The position numbers were made by a program, and so were the translations under genes. Shown piece by piece: positions 7,922 through 16,885 of a stretch of 28,237 bases of DNA. This stretch comes from Alphaproteobacteria bacterium (GTDB taxonomy: Bacteria; Pseudomonadota; Alphaproteobacteria; Rickettsiales; JABSSG01), in contig JAHZKS010000061.1 of NCBI GenBank assembly GCA_022600235.1, forward strand, positions 1 to 28,237, written 5' to 3'. How positions within the stretch are numbered: the first letter of the stretch is position 1; the number at the start of each line of letters is the position of its first letter. The notes beneath the pieces were generated by a model that saw only the letters and a program-made list of their open reading frames with translations, was not told the DNA's origin and did no database searches.

Positions 7922-8470
7922 ATGAAAATCTTATTACATACATACCGTAAACTATTCATCTTAATTACAATTCTAAGCGCACTTTCTTTGTCTGCTGCAT
8001 ACATAGTAGAATATGTGATGAATATAAAACCATGTAGGCTTTGTATATATCAACGCATACCTTATTTTATTATTACAGGACTTGGAGTTATGGGGTTGTT
8101 GTTAAACAAGAACTCATTGTCAAAATACATCTGCTATGTATGTAGCCTTGTTTTTCTTAGTGGGTCAATTATAGCTTTATATCATACCGGAATTGAAAGA
8201 GGAGCAATAGAAGAGCCTAATTCTTGTGCAGTAAACTTTTCTCAAGATCATAGCAGTATAGAGTCGCTCAAACATTCTATCCAGCAAAACACGGTTCCTT
8301 GCAAAGAAGTTAAAATGAGAATCGCTGGCTTGTCTATAGCAGAAATTAATGCTCTGTTCTCGTTTGCTATGTTTATATATATTTTATTATCCGCAAGAAA
8401 AATGGAGAATAAGGCAGTAAAGCTTAGAGAGTCACTTGAAAGAATGGGTATAGATCGAGATTCGCTCTAA
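7922..8470 (+). CDS. dsbB: Disulfide bond formation protein DsbB family
   Basis: Four hydrophobic segments, PCRLCIYQR CxxC motif and a second Cys pair in the periplasmic loop (SCAV...VPC). Confidence 0.9.
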   Translation: MKILLHTYRKLFILITILSALSLSAAYIVEYVMNIKPCRLCIYQRIPYFIITGLGVMGLLLNKNSLSKYICYVCSLVFLSGSIIALYHTGIERGAIEEPNSCAVNFSQDHSSIESLKHSIQQNTVPCKEVKMRIAGLSIAEINALFSFAMFIYILLSARKMENKAVKLRESLERMGIDRDSL

Positions 8471-9117
8471 ATAGCATCATCCCAGAGACAAGTATCTTGC
8501 CCATAAGCTTCTATATCATCTAAAATGTCTGCACTATTAAAAAACTCTGTTACATGTCTTTCAAAAAAATGTCCGACTTTATTTGAATACTCATTCCAAT
8601 CATAATAGCTTTCAATAAACTTGGATATAGCAGAAACAACCGTTAATGCTTTCACCAACACATGAGCATCTTGTGTTCCCATTCTTGTGAAAGTTCCATA
8701 TATACCTAACTCAAGCTTTAATAAATCCACTAATCCAACAACTTTAACAATATCTTCTGTTACATCACCCATAAATTCTGCAAAAGAAAGTGCTTTCAAA
8801 TCATCAAGATCAGATTCTTTAGATGATCCTATAGAATATTTTACAATAGTTTCTGTAAGTTCACCTACCCAGTCACCAAAATAATTTCCGATAGCATATC
8901 CCGCTACTGCTGAAAAGACGTTAAGGCATAAAGTACCACCATAAACAGCTGATAGAGTATACGCACCATACATGAAAAAGCCTTTTATCACGTCTTCGGT
9001 TAAATCATCCAAAGAATGGTAGAAAAAATTTTGTGGCTGCTTATAAAATTTTTCGTATAAAAAAGAGCCAAAATCTGTAAAAGGATTTACTTCGTCTCTT
9101 ATCTTCTCCATAGACAT
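8467..9117 (-). CDS. Orphan acidic membrane-associated protein with glycine-zipper-like segment
   Basis: Hydrophobic AVAGYAIGNYFG segment and three copies of a 14-aa motif ending TE-x-[VI]-[IV]-K. Ends AYG plus 10 aa. Confidence 0.75.
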   Translation of the reverse strand: MSMEKIRDEVNPFTDFGSFLYEKFYKQPQNFFYHSLDDLTEDVIKGFFMYGAYTLSAVYGGTLCLNVFSAVAGYAIGNYFGDWVGELTETIVKYSIGSSKESDLDDLKALSFAEFMGDVTEDIVKVVGLVDLLKLELGIYGTFTRMGTQDAHVLVKALTVVSAISKFIESYYDWNEYSNKVGHFFERHVTEFFNSADILDDIEAYGQDTCLWDDAI

Positions 9118-9221
9118 ATAAACAAATTAATTTTATCACCGATAGTTAATAATATAGTAATATTTATGCAAAAATCAAGAATTAGAGAAACAATTGTAGC
9201 ACGCTAGAATGCAGCAACAGC

Positions 9222-9974
9222 TTATAATGCAACTAGTTCTGTGACCTCTATTGCTAGTAGCTTCAGATCAGATTGCTCTGACATACGGTGATCAGAGTCT
9301 TTTACTAAAATAACTTTTACATTTTTTGAAGAGAGCTGCTCTGCCAATTTCACAGAAATCTCTATAGGTACTGATTCATCACGAAAACCATGCATCAAAA
9401 CAACTGGCATATCTATTGGAATTATTTTTTTGAGTAATAAGTTTTTTCTACCATCTTCTATCAATTTTTTTGTTATACAATAGTCTGAGCCTCCACGTTC
9501 TATATTAATTTTACCTTTTCCCATAAGGTCAAATTTCTGTTTTTCTGTAAAACTATCCCACATCAACACCTCTGTAAAATCAACAGCACTTGCAATATTG
9601 ATAATTCCTGCCACTTTCTTTTTTAACTTTATAGCTACTAATAAAGATATCCAACCACCCATGCTAGAACCAATCAAAATCATAGGGGTTTTAACAAGCT
9701 CATTAATTACTGCTAGTGACTCTTTAGTCCATTCTGATATAGATCCTTCAAAAAAATCTCCTGATGATTTTCCATGCCCAGAATAGTCCAAAGCTACATA
9801 ACCTAGATTATTTTCTGTACAGAAATCCTCTAAAAAAAGTGATTTAGTTCCATCCATATCAGACATATAACCACATAAAAAAACTATTGTTCTATAAGGA
9901 TTCTTTACCTTGGAAAAATTATTTTTATAGGCTATATTCTTATTATTAAATATAATGCTATTACTTTTATTCAT
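9222..9974 (-). CDS. Alpha/beta hydrolase, ABHD10-like
   Basis: G.MSDM.GTK, DYSGHG.S, GSSMGG nucleophile elbow, D.SVP and SDHRMS catalytic His. Confidence 0.88.
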   Translation of the reverse strand: MNKSNSIIFNNKNIAYKNNFSKVKNPYRTIVFLCGYMSDMDGTKSLFLEDFCTENNLGYVALDYSGHGKSSGDFFEGSISEWTKESLAVINELVKTPMILIGSSMGGWISLLVAIKLKKKVAGIINIASAVDFTEVLMWDSFTEKQKFDLMGKGKINIERGGSDYCITKKLIEDGRKNLLLKKIIPIDMPVVLMHGFRDESVPIEISVKLAEQLSSKNVKVILVKDSDHRMSEQSDLKLLAIEVTELVAL

Positions 9975-9994
9975 ATTGAGGGGTATTTATATCA

Positions 9995-11137
9995 ATGGCA
10001 AAATCCTATCACAAACCTGTTGTTTTACAAGTATTACCCTCTTTAGTAAGCGGGGGAGTGGAGAGGGGAACTATTGATATTGCTGCTTTCTTAACAAAAT
10101 CAGGACTAGAGTCCTTTGTTGCCTCAGCAGGAGGGCCTTTAGTAAGAGATATAGAAAAAGCAGGCTCTACACATTTTACTCTACCCCTTAAAGACAAGAA
10201 CCCTATTACAATGGTCAGCAATGCTTTTAAATTAGCGAAGTTAATCAGAAAGCATAAAATTAATATCATACACGCTAGATCTAGGGCACCAGCATGGAGT
10301 GCATATTTAGCAGCTAAAATCACAAAATGTAGGTTGATTACTACTTTTCACGGCACTCATTCTGTAAACAGAATAAAAAAATATTATAATATAGTGATGA
10401 CTAAAGGAGACTTAGTAATAGCTGTTTCTGATTTTATAGCAAGTCACATTATAGAAACATATGGCGCTAACCAAAAGAAAATCAGACCTATCTACAGAGG
10501 AGTATCTTTAGAGGATTTTAATACAAAAAATGTAGACCCATCTCGTTTAATAAAAATGAAGAAGAAATGTTATATACCTGATGGCAAATTTATTATTACT
10601 CTTCCAGGAAGACTCACCAGCTGGAAAGGTCATGAAGTTTTGCTTAACGCAATAGCGAAACTTAAAAATGATAATATATACTGCCTCATGGTAGGCAATA
10701 CTAAACAACATAAAAGTCATTTTGGAAATTTCATAAAACTTGCTCGATCATTAGGCATTAGCAATAAAGTTACCTTCACTGGAGCAATCAAAGATATGCC
10801 TGCACTCTATATGCTCTCCGACTTAGTAGTGGCACCTTCAACGAGACCCGAAGCATTTGGAAGAATATCAATTGAAACACAAGCAATGAAAAGACTTATT
10901 ATTGCTACGGATATTGGTGGGTATAAAGAAACTATTGTATCGGAGAAAACAGGATTTCTTATCCCCCATAATGATGTAGAAGCTTTAGAAAAGAAAATTG
11001 AAACTGTAATAAACCTTACTCATAAGAAAAGAGTGATGATGGGTAATGCAGCTCGTAAAAACGTTGAGAAGAAGTTCTCTTTAAAGCAGATGAAAGAAAA
11101 AACTATGAAAGTTTATAATGAAATTCTAAAGAATTAG
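9995..11137 (+). CDS. Glycosyltransferase family 4 (GT-B)
   Basis: GGVERG, IIHARSRAPAW, TTFHG, PGRLT.WKG and PEAFGR...E signature. GAGGGG RBS upstream. Confidence 0.92.
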   Translation: MAKSYHKPVVLQVLPSLVSGGVERGTIDIAAFLTKSGLESFVASAGGPLVRDIEKAGSTHFTLPLKDKNPITMVSNAFKLAKLIRKHKINIIHARSRAPAWSAYLAAKITKCRLITTFHGTHSVNRIKKYYNIVMTKGDLVIAVSDFIASHIIETYGANQKKIRPIYRGVSLEDFNTKNVDPSRLIKMKKKCYIPDGKFIITLPGRLTSWKGHEVLLNAIAKLKNDNIYCLMVGNTKQHKSHFGNFIKLARSLGISNKVTFTGAIKDMPALYMLSDLVVAPSTRPEAFGRISIETQAMKRLIIATDIGGYKETIVSEKTGFLIPHNDVEALEKKIETVINLTHKKRVMMGNAARKNVEKKFSLKQMKEKTMKVYNEILKN

Positions 11138-11140
11138 TAT

Positions 11141-11377
11141 TTACAAACCTTCTTCTGTAGAAATTGAACCATCTGACTTTTCAACAATCTTTTCAATCTT
11201 TAATTTTGCTTCTTTTAGTTTAGATTCACAATGACTCTTTAGAGCATTTCCTCTTTCATAATCATTGATTACTTTATCAAGATCGTCTTTTCCTGTTTCA
11301 ATTCCTCTAACAATCTCTTGAAGTTCGTTTAGAGCTTCTTCAAATGTTAAATCTTCTATTTTCTTATCTGTACTCAT
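11141..11377 (-). CDS. xseB: Exodeoxyribonuclease VII small subunit
   Basis: LTFEEAL.EL.EIV..IE.G...L......YERG..L...C...L.EAKLKIE. AAGGAG RBS. Confidence 0.95.
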   Translation of the reverse strand: MSTDKKIEDLTFEEALNELQEIVRGIETGKDDLDKVINDYERGNALKSHCESKLKEAKLKIEKIVEKSDGSISTEEGL

Positions 11378-11444
11378 ACTGCTCCTTGTAATCTTTTATA
11401 ATTAAAATATACTTAACTCATAAGAATGATAAGGCATAAAAGAC

Positions 11445-11720
11445 ATGAAAGCAATAATATATCGCCCAACTAAATCAGCTATGCAATCTGGATTAAAAAA
11501 CACGAAAAAATGGGTATTACATTCTACAGACAAAAAAAAATATACAGAGCCCTTTTCTGGATGGACCGGGTCTAAAAATACAGATCAACAAATAAAAATA
11601 TTATTTAACACAAAAAATGATGCTATAAATTTTGCTAAAGCTCAGTCTTGGGAATACGAGATTATAGAACCACAAGAAAGAAGAATAGAGCCTAAATCAT
11701 ACTTAGATAATTTTAAATAA
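11445..11720 (+). CDS. ETC complex I subunit-region protein (NDUFS4-like)
   Basis: IYRPTKSAMQSG...W.L, GWTGS.NT.QQI.I.F.TK..AI.FA and Y.DNF. Confidence 0.9.
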   Translation: MKAIIYRPTKSAMQSGLKNTKKWVLHSTDKKKYTEPFSGWTGSKNTDQQIKILFNTKNDAINFAKAQSWEYEIIEPQERRIEPKSYLDNFK

Positions 11721-11729
11721 AGTAAACTC

Positions 11730-13652
11730 TTGAATAACGAAATATCAAAACCACTGCCAAAACTGAATGCTAAACAAGAAGAAGCAATACATCATATTGA
11801 TGGACCTCTTCTCATTCTTGCTGGCGCTGGCACAGGAAAAACACTTGCACTAATAAGCCGTATAGTAAATATATTACAATTAGAGAAAGCATTCCCTTCA
11901 GAAATATTGGCTGTAACATTTACAAATAAGGCTGCCAATGAAATGCAAGAAAGAATATCTCAGATTCTTCCACTACGTTTAAAATGGTTAGGAACTTTCC
12001 ATTCAATATGTGCAAAGATGCTGCGTGTCAATGCAGAAGCAGCTAATTTAAGTAGTAGCTTCTCAATTATAGACGTAGATGACCAAATCAGAGTAATAAA
12101 GCAAATAATGAATGATTTTGCTTTAGACATAAAACAGTTCAACCCAAAAATGATCTCTTCAATTATCCAAAGATGGAAGGATCTTGCTCTTAATGTGGAA
12201 GATGTTTCAGAATCAGATTTAAAAACAGACTACCACGTCAAGGCACTACGTATTTATAGAGAATATCAAGATAAACTAGATTCTAACGACTCCTTAGATT
12301 TTGGAGATTTATTGCTCAAAACAGTCAATATGTTCAAAAGAAAACCTGAGATATTAGAACATTATCAAACCCTATTCAAATATGTTTTAGTAGACGAATA
12401 TCAAGACACAAATACAGCTCAATATATATGGCTTCGCATGCTCGCACAGAAAAGAAGTAACATATGTTGTGTCGGAGATGATGATCAATCTATATACGGA
12501 TGGAGAGGTGCTGAAATAGGAAATATTCTAAAGTTTGAGGAAGATTTCCCTGGAGCAAAAATAATAAAGCTAGAGCAAAATTATCGTTCTACAAACTGTA
12601 TCTTAAGCGCTGCCTCTGCATTAATTGCGAATAATAACATGAGGCATAGCAAAACACTTTGGACAGAAACAGAATCTAATGAAAAAATAGTGGCTCGTTC
12701 ATTTTTTAACGACAAAGAAGAGGCGAGTTTTATTGCGAAAGAAATTATGTGTAAATTTAAACATAATTTACATCAAACTAAAGTAGCAATCCTTGTGAGG
12801 GCATTATTCCAAACTAGGATTATAGAAGAATGTTTTATGAGATCAGGAATTCCTTATAAAGTTGTGGGGAGCCTTAAATTCTATGAAAGACAGGAAATTA
12901 AAGATATTGTAGCCTATATCAAGCTTGCTATAAAATGTAATGATGATCTTCCTTTTGAAAGAATTATAAACAAACCAGCACGTGGTATAGGTAAAACGAC
13001 AATACAAAAAATTAGAGATTTTGCTAATACAGAAAAGATATCACTCTTTAGTGCAACAGAATTAATGCTAGAAAGCAAAGGAAGTTTCGCTAAAAAAACT
13101 ACTGAGTCCTTAAGCGTTTTCATAAAAATGATTAAAAAATGGCATGAAGAATTTCAAACACTTCACCATACAGATGTAGTAAAAAATATACTTACTGAAT
13201 CTGGATATGAAGCATTCTTAAAATTTGAAGACAGCATAGAAGGGCGTGGTAGATTAGAAAATGCAAAAGAACTTCTCCAAGCTTTAGAAGATTTTAAGAC
13301 AATTTTAGATTTTTTAGACCATATCACTCTAGTGACAGATAATGATAATAACAAAACACAGGAAGATTTAGTTACCATCATGACACTACACGGCGCAAAA
13401 GGTCTAGAGTTTGATGCTGTCTTTTTACCTGGATGGGAAGAAGGATTATTTCCTCACTCAAAATCTTTAGATGAATCTGGAGATAAAGGTTTAGAGGAAG
13501 AGAGAAGACTGGCTTATGTAGGTATGACTAGAGCAAAAAAGAATCTTTATATATCTCACTCGCTAACAAGAAGAATGTATAATCAATGGATTGATTCAAT
13601 GCCTTCTAGATTCTTGAAAGAAATCCCCAGAGAATTTTTAACAGATATTTAA
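11730..13652 (+). CDS. uvrD: ATP-dependent DNA helicase UvrD/PcrA
   Basis: AGAGTGKT, VTFTNKAA.EM, VDEYQDTN, VGDDDQSIYGWRGA, LEQNYRST, MTLHGAKGLEF and EEERRLAYV.MTRAK. Confidence 0.97.
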   Translation: MNNEISKPLPKLNAKQEEAIHHIDGPLLILAGAGTGKTLALISRIVNILQLEKAFPSEILAVTFTNKAANEMQERISQILPLRLKWLGTFHSICAKMLRVNAEAANLSSSFSIIDVDDQIRVIKQIMNDFALDIKQFNPKMISSIIQRWKDLALNVEDVSESDLKTDYHVKALRIYREYQDKLDSNDSLDFGDLLLKTVNMFKRKPEILEHYQTLFKYVLVDEYQDTNTAQYIWLRMLAQKRSNICCVGDDDQSIYGWRGAEIGNILKFEEDFPGAKIIKLEQNYRSTNCILSAASALIANNNMRHSKTLWTETESNEKIVARSFFNDKEEASFIAKEIMCKFKHNLHQTKVAILVRALFQTRIIEECFMRSGIPYKVVGSLKFYERQEIKDIVAYIKLAIKCNDDLPFERIINKPARGIGKTTIQKIRDFANTEKISLFSATELMLESKGSFAKKTTESLSVFIKMIKKWHEEFQTLHHTDVVKNILTESGYEAFLKFEDSIEGRGRLENAKELLQALEDFKTILDFLDHITLVTDNDNNKTQEDLVTIMTLHGAKGLEFDAVFLPGWEEGLFPHSKSLDESGDKGLEEERRLAYVGMTRAKKNLYISHSLTRRMYNQWIDSMPSRFLKEIPREFLTDI

Positions 13653-13954
13653 GCAAGTTCCTGTATCTCGTTAAAGGACTTACCTTTAAAATTTTCTACA
13701 AGACTATCCATCTTTAACAAAAATGCCTTTAGATGTGGCATTTCCATATGAGCTTTCCAACTATCTTCATCTGCCCATTTCTCAACTAAAATAAATTCTG
13801 ATAAGTCTTCTTTATCTTGCAGCAACCTGTACTCAAGACATCCCTTTTCTTTTAACGTTGGAATAATCAATTTCTGCAAGGACTCTTTTAGAGCGGTTTC
13901 GTTTCCTTGTTTTGATTTTATAGTAGCAAATAGTGTGAGTGAAGATTGAGACAT
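13649..13954 (-). CDS. ABM-domain (putative quinol) monooxygenase
   Basis: T..E.GCLEYRL, F.LVE.W......AHM..PH. Start set at MSQSS (13954) because the longer ORF runs through the tRNA. Confidence 0.88.
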   Translation of the reverse strand: MSQSSLTLFATIKSKQGNETALKESLQKLIIPTLKEKGCLEYRLLQDKEDLSEFILVEKWADEDSWKAHMEMPHLKAFLLKMDSLVENFKGKSFNEIQELA

Positions 13955-13975
13955 TTGTAGTACACACTTAATTTG

Positions 13976-14051
13976 TGGTGGCTGGACCTGGAATCGAACC
14001 AGGGACACAAGGATTTTCAGTCCTTTGCTCTACCAACTGAGCTACCCAGCC
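13976..14051 (-). tRNA. tRNA-Phe (GAA)
   Basis: Reverse complement is GGCTGGGTAGCTCAGTTGGTAGAGCAAAGGACTGAAAATCCTTGTGTCCCTGGTTCGATTCCAGGTCCAGCCACCA: 76 nt, paired acceptor stem, D-loop GG, GAA anticodon, TTCGA T-loop and encoded CCA. Confidence 0.98.
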
Positions 14052-14171
14052 AAATGAATATACTATAAATAAATTATAATAATCCGCCTGTCGAGCAATA
14101 TTATCGGTTTTTTATTGTATAATTCAAGCTAGATTTTTTGAATATAGAACTTTTTATACTTTACTGGTTGA

Positions 14172-14199
14172 CTATATTGTATATGCATATACTATATAG
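14172..14199. promoter_or_regulatory. 28-bp palindrome overlapping a promoter, candidate MarR operator
   Basis: CTATAT-t-GTATATGCATATAC-t-ATATAG has a perfect 14-bp core and one mismatched pair. It overlaps TTGACT (14168) and TACTAT (14190) upstream of the SRPBCC-MarR pair. Confidence 0.75.
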
Positions 14200-14219
14200 A
14201 TGCATATAAAGAGGCGATC

Positions 14220-14639
14220 ATGTGGGTACAAACTTACAGTAAAACTTTCAAGAATATAAAAAAAGAAGATATATGGAAACTCTGGACAGATATAAATAAT
14301 TGGCCGACTTGGCATGATGATCTAGATTACTGCAAACTTGATGGAAAATTTGAAGTTGGCAATAGTTTTATATTAAAGCCCAAAGGCGTTAACCCAGTAA
14401 AAATCTTACTAACTGAGATTCATAAGAAAAAATCTTTTACCGATTGTACTTCGTTCTTTGGTGCAAAAATGTATGACACACATTCTATGGAAGAAACAAA
14501 AAATGGACTAAAAATCACAAATAAAATTGTTGTAACTGGAGCACTTCAATGGCTGTGGGTTAAACTTGTGGCGCAAAACGTCTTTAAGTCTACTCCAAAA
14601 CAGATAGAAGATTTAGCAAAACTTGCGAGGAAAAAATAA
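14220..14639 (+). CDS. SRPBCC/polyketide cyclase-dehydrase family protein
   Basis: IW.LW.DI.NWP.W followed by G.F.VG and a beta-strand-rich fold. GAGG RBS. Confidence 0.85.
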   Translation: MWVQTYSKTFKNIKKEDIWKLWTDINNWPTWHDDLDYCKLDGKFEVGNSFILKPKGVNPVKILLTEIHKKKSFTDCTSFFGAKMYDTHSMEETKNGLKITNKIVVTGALQWLWVKLVAQNVFKSTPKQIEDLAKLARKK

Positions 14640-15091
14640 TGGACAGCTTACCTTTTGGATTTGACAAACCTGAGGACAGCCCTGGTTTTTTACTATGGCA
14701 AACCACTATGATATGGCAGCGCCAAATTAAAAAATCTTTAGAACCATATGATATTTCTCATGCACAATTTGTAATCATGGCAACTTTGCTGTGGTTTGAA
14801 GCGCATCATTACAATACTACACAGATTCTAATCGTAAACCGATCCAAGCTTGATAAAATGACTGTCTCTAACTCGCTAAAAAAACTTGCGGGATTTGGCT
14901 ATATACATCGCATAGAAGACAAAAAAGACACACGTGCAAAAAATGTCTCTCTCACAAAAAAAGGAAAGAAATTGGTCCATATATTAGTGCCTATTATTGA
15001 AGATATAGATCAAGCTTTCTTCTCTCAAACCTCTCAAAAAGAAAAAGAAGTCTTTATGAATGCAATGAAAAAACTAACAACAAAGAAATAA
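14639..15091 (+). CDS. MarR family transcriptional regulator
   Basis: SPGFLLWQ...WQR.I...L...DISHAQF, DKMT.S..L..L...G.I.R and D.RAK.V.LT..G. One-base TAATG overlap with the upstream gene. Confidence 0.92.
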   Translation: MDSLPFGFDKPEDSPGFLLWQTTMIWQRQIKKSLEPYDISHAQFVIMATLLWFEAHHYNTTQILIVNRSKLDKMTVSNSLKKLAGFGYIHRIEDKKDTRAKNVSLTKKGKKLVHILVPIIEDIDQAFFSQTSQKEKEVFMNAMKKLTTKK

Positions 15092-15171
15092 ATAATATTT
15101 TTAACATCTATTATTTTTGTTACTTCAAAATCCAGCTATAGTTCATTCATGCAAATAAATTGAGGGTATTA

Positions 15172-16002
15172 ATGGCAATTTTTCAAATCAGAAACGTAAA
15201 GATGAATTATGTATTCCATAATAATGGTAAAAATTCAACCGTTCTATTAGGACACAGCTACTTGTTTGATAATGAAATGTGGATTCCGCAAGTTCAAGCA
15301 CTAAGCCAACATTACAACATCGTAATTCCAGATTTATGGGGTCATGGAGGATCTGATTCTATTGATACGAAAAAGTATAGCATAAATGATCTTGCAAAAG
15401 ATTATGCCGCATTAATGGAGAACCTAGGAATTAGCCGATACCATGTAGTGGGATTATCAGTAGGAGGAATGTGGGGAGCACATCTAGCACTTAACCACCC
15501 AGATAAAGTGCGATCTCTAGTGCTAATGGATACAGACCTACACGAAGAATCACCTGAAGCTCAGGAACAATACTTTGGTTTACTTAATAAACTTGAATCT
15601 GATGGCACAATATTAGACTCAATGGCAACGCAAATTACCACCTTCTTCCATGCGCCAGGTGCTGACAAAAGAATAGTACAATATATTACATCCAAAATAT
15701 CTTCTCTCAAAGATGAAAATATTGAATGTATAGTAGGTCTAGGCAAAATTATATTCTCCAGAGAATCTATATTAGATAGATTACATGAACTAAAGATGCC
15801 TGTAATGGTAGCTGTAGGAGACCAAGATGGACCTCGTCCTCCTTTTGAATCACAAAGAATGCATAAGCATATTGAAGGATCAGAATATTATGAGATTCCT
15901 AACGCTGGACACTTATCAAATATAGAAAGCCCTGTACATACAGATAGAATGCTAGTGAATTTCTTAGCAGGAGTAGAAGCACAAGAATCTGAACATTGCT
16001 AG
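15172..16002 (+). CDS. Alpha/beta hydrolase (enol-lactonase/PcaD-like)
   Basis: GHSYLFD, PDLWGHGGS, GLSVGGMWG nucleophile, G.QD and AGHLSNIE. Start at ATG 15172 after a GAGGG RBS. Confidence 0.88.
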   Translation: MAIFQIRNVKMNYVFHNNGKNSTVLLGHSYLFDNEMWIPQVQALSQHYNIVIPDLWGHGGSDSIDTKKYSINDLAKDYAALMENLGISRYHVVGLSVGGMWGAHLALNHPDKVRSLVLMDTDLHEESPEAQEQYFGLLNKLESDGTILDSMATQITTFFHAPGADKRIVQYITSKISSLKDENIECIVGLGKIIFSRESILDRLHELKMPVMVAVGDQDGPRPPFESQRMHKHIEGSEYYEIPNAGHLSNIESPVHTDRMLVNFLAGVEAQESEHC

Positions 16003-16006
16003 GCAA

Positions 16007-16885
16007 TTAATCTGCACTTCCTAGAAGTTGCAAAACTTTATCTAGCTGCTCAAGCGATTTATATTTAACAGATATAGTGCCTTCGCTTTGACTCTGGGAC
16101 TTTATCTTTACAGATGTATTTAGTTTCTTGCCTAATAAATTTTCTATCACCTTTATATCGCTCTGATTTTGCAGCAAATTAGGTTCTTTTTTTATTTTAG
16201 TACCCTCAAAACTTTTACCAATTAAAGCCCTGACAAACTGTTCTGCTTCTCTAACTGTTAAATCTCTTTTTATAAACTCTTCTGCAATTTTCTCAGCATT
16301 TTCTACTCCAACTAAATTCTTAGCATGTCCCATAGTAATTTTACCAGATATAATCAGATCTAACACTGCATCAGGCAATTTTAGCAATCTCAATATATTT
16401 GTAATATGGCTCCTACTCTTCCCTACGATTAATGCAACATCATTTTGATTATAAGAATATTTGCTCATTAATTCTCTGTAAGATTTTGCTTCTTCTACTA
16501 TATTTAGATTTTGCCTTTGAATATTCTCTATGATTGATATTTCGAATGCGGTTTCTTCACCTATATTCTTTATTATTGCAGGAATAGCTGTTATTTTTGC
16601 ATATTGAGCTGCACGAAACCTACGCTCACCAGCTACAATTTCATATTCGTCTGTAGACTTGATTCTTTTAACTATTATAGGAGATATAATTCCGCTTCTT
16701 TTTATAGAACGCGCGAGCTCTTGGAGTGATTCTTCATCAAAATATTTTCTTGGTTGATCTCGGTTTTGTTTTATTTTATTTATTGAAATATCATGTATCT
16801 GAGTTTTTGATGCGATCTCTTTCTCAGCCACATTCTCAAAACCACCCATCAATGATGCTAGTCCTCTTCCTAAGTTTTTTTTCAT
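16007..16885 (-). CDS. parB: Chromosome partitioning protein ParB
   Basis: LGRGL.SL, QPRK.F, EIVAGERRFRAA, IENIQRQNLN and GKSRSHITN.LRLL.L. Confidence 0.96.
   Translation of the reverse strand: MKKNLGRGLASLMGGFENVAEKEIASKTQIHDISINKIKQNRDQPRKYFDEESLQELARSIKRSGIISPIIVKRIKSTDEYEIVAGERRFRAAQYAKITAIPAIIKNIGEETAFEISIIENIQRQNLNIVEEAKSYRELMSKYSYNQNDVALIVGKSRSHITNILRLLKLPDAVLDLIISGKITMGHAKNLVGVENAEKIAEEFIKRDLTVREAEQFVRALIGKSFEGTKIKKEPNLLQNQSDIKVIENLLGKKLNTSVKIKSQSQSEGTISVKYKSLEQLDKVLQLLGSAD

Noticed and set aside
7857-7943. Longer lysS N-terminus
   Set aside because: It is non-conserved-looking sequence that overlaps the divergent dsbB start.
13976-14000. attL/attR duplication of the tRNA-Phe 3' end or an integrated element
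   Set aside because: I found no second copy of the tRNA end and no integrase or transposase in the window.
13955-14008. N-terminal extension of the ABM ORF (MSLVRFQVQPP...)
   Set aside because: It is the translation of the tRNA T-arm and acceptor stem.
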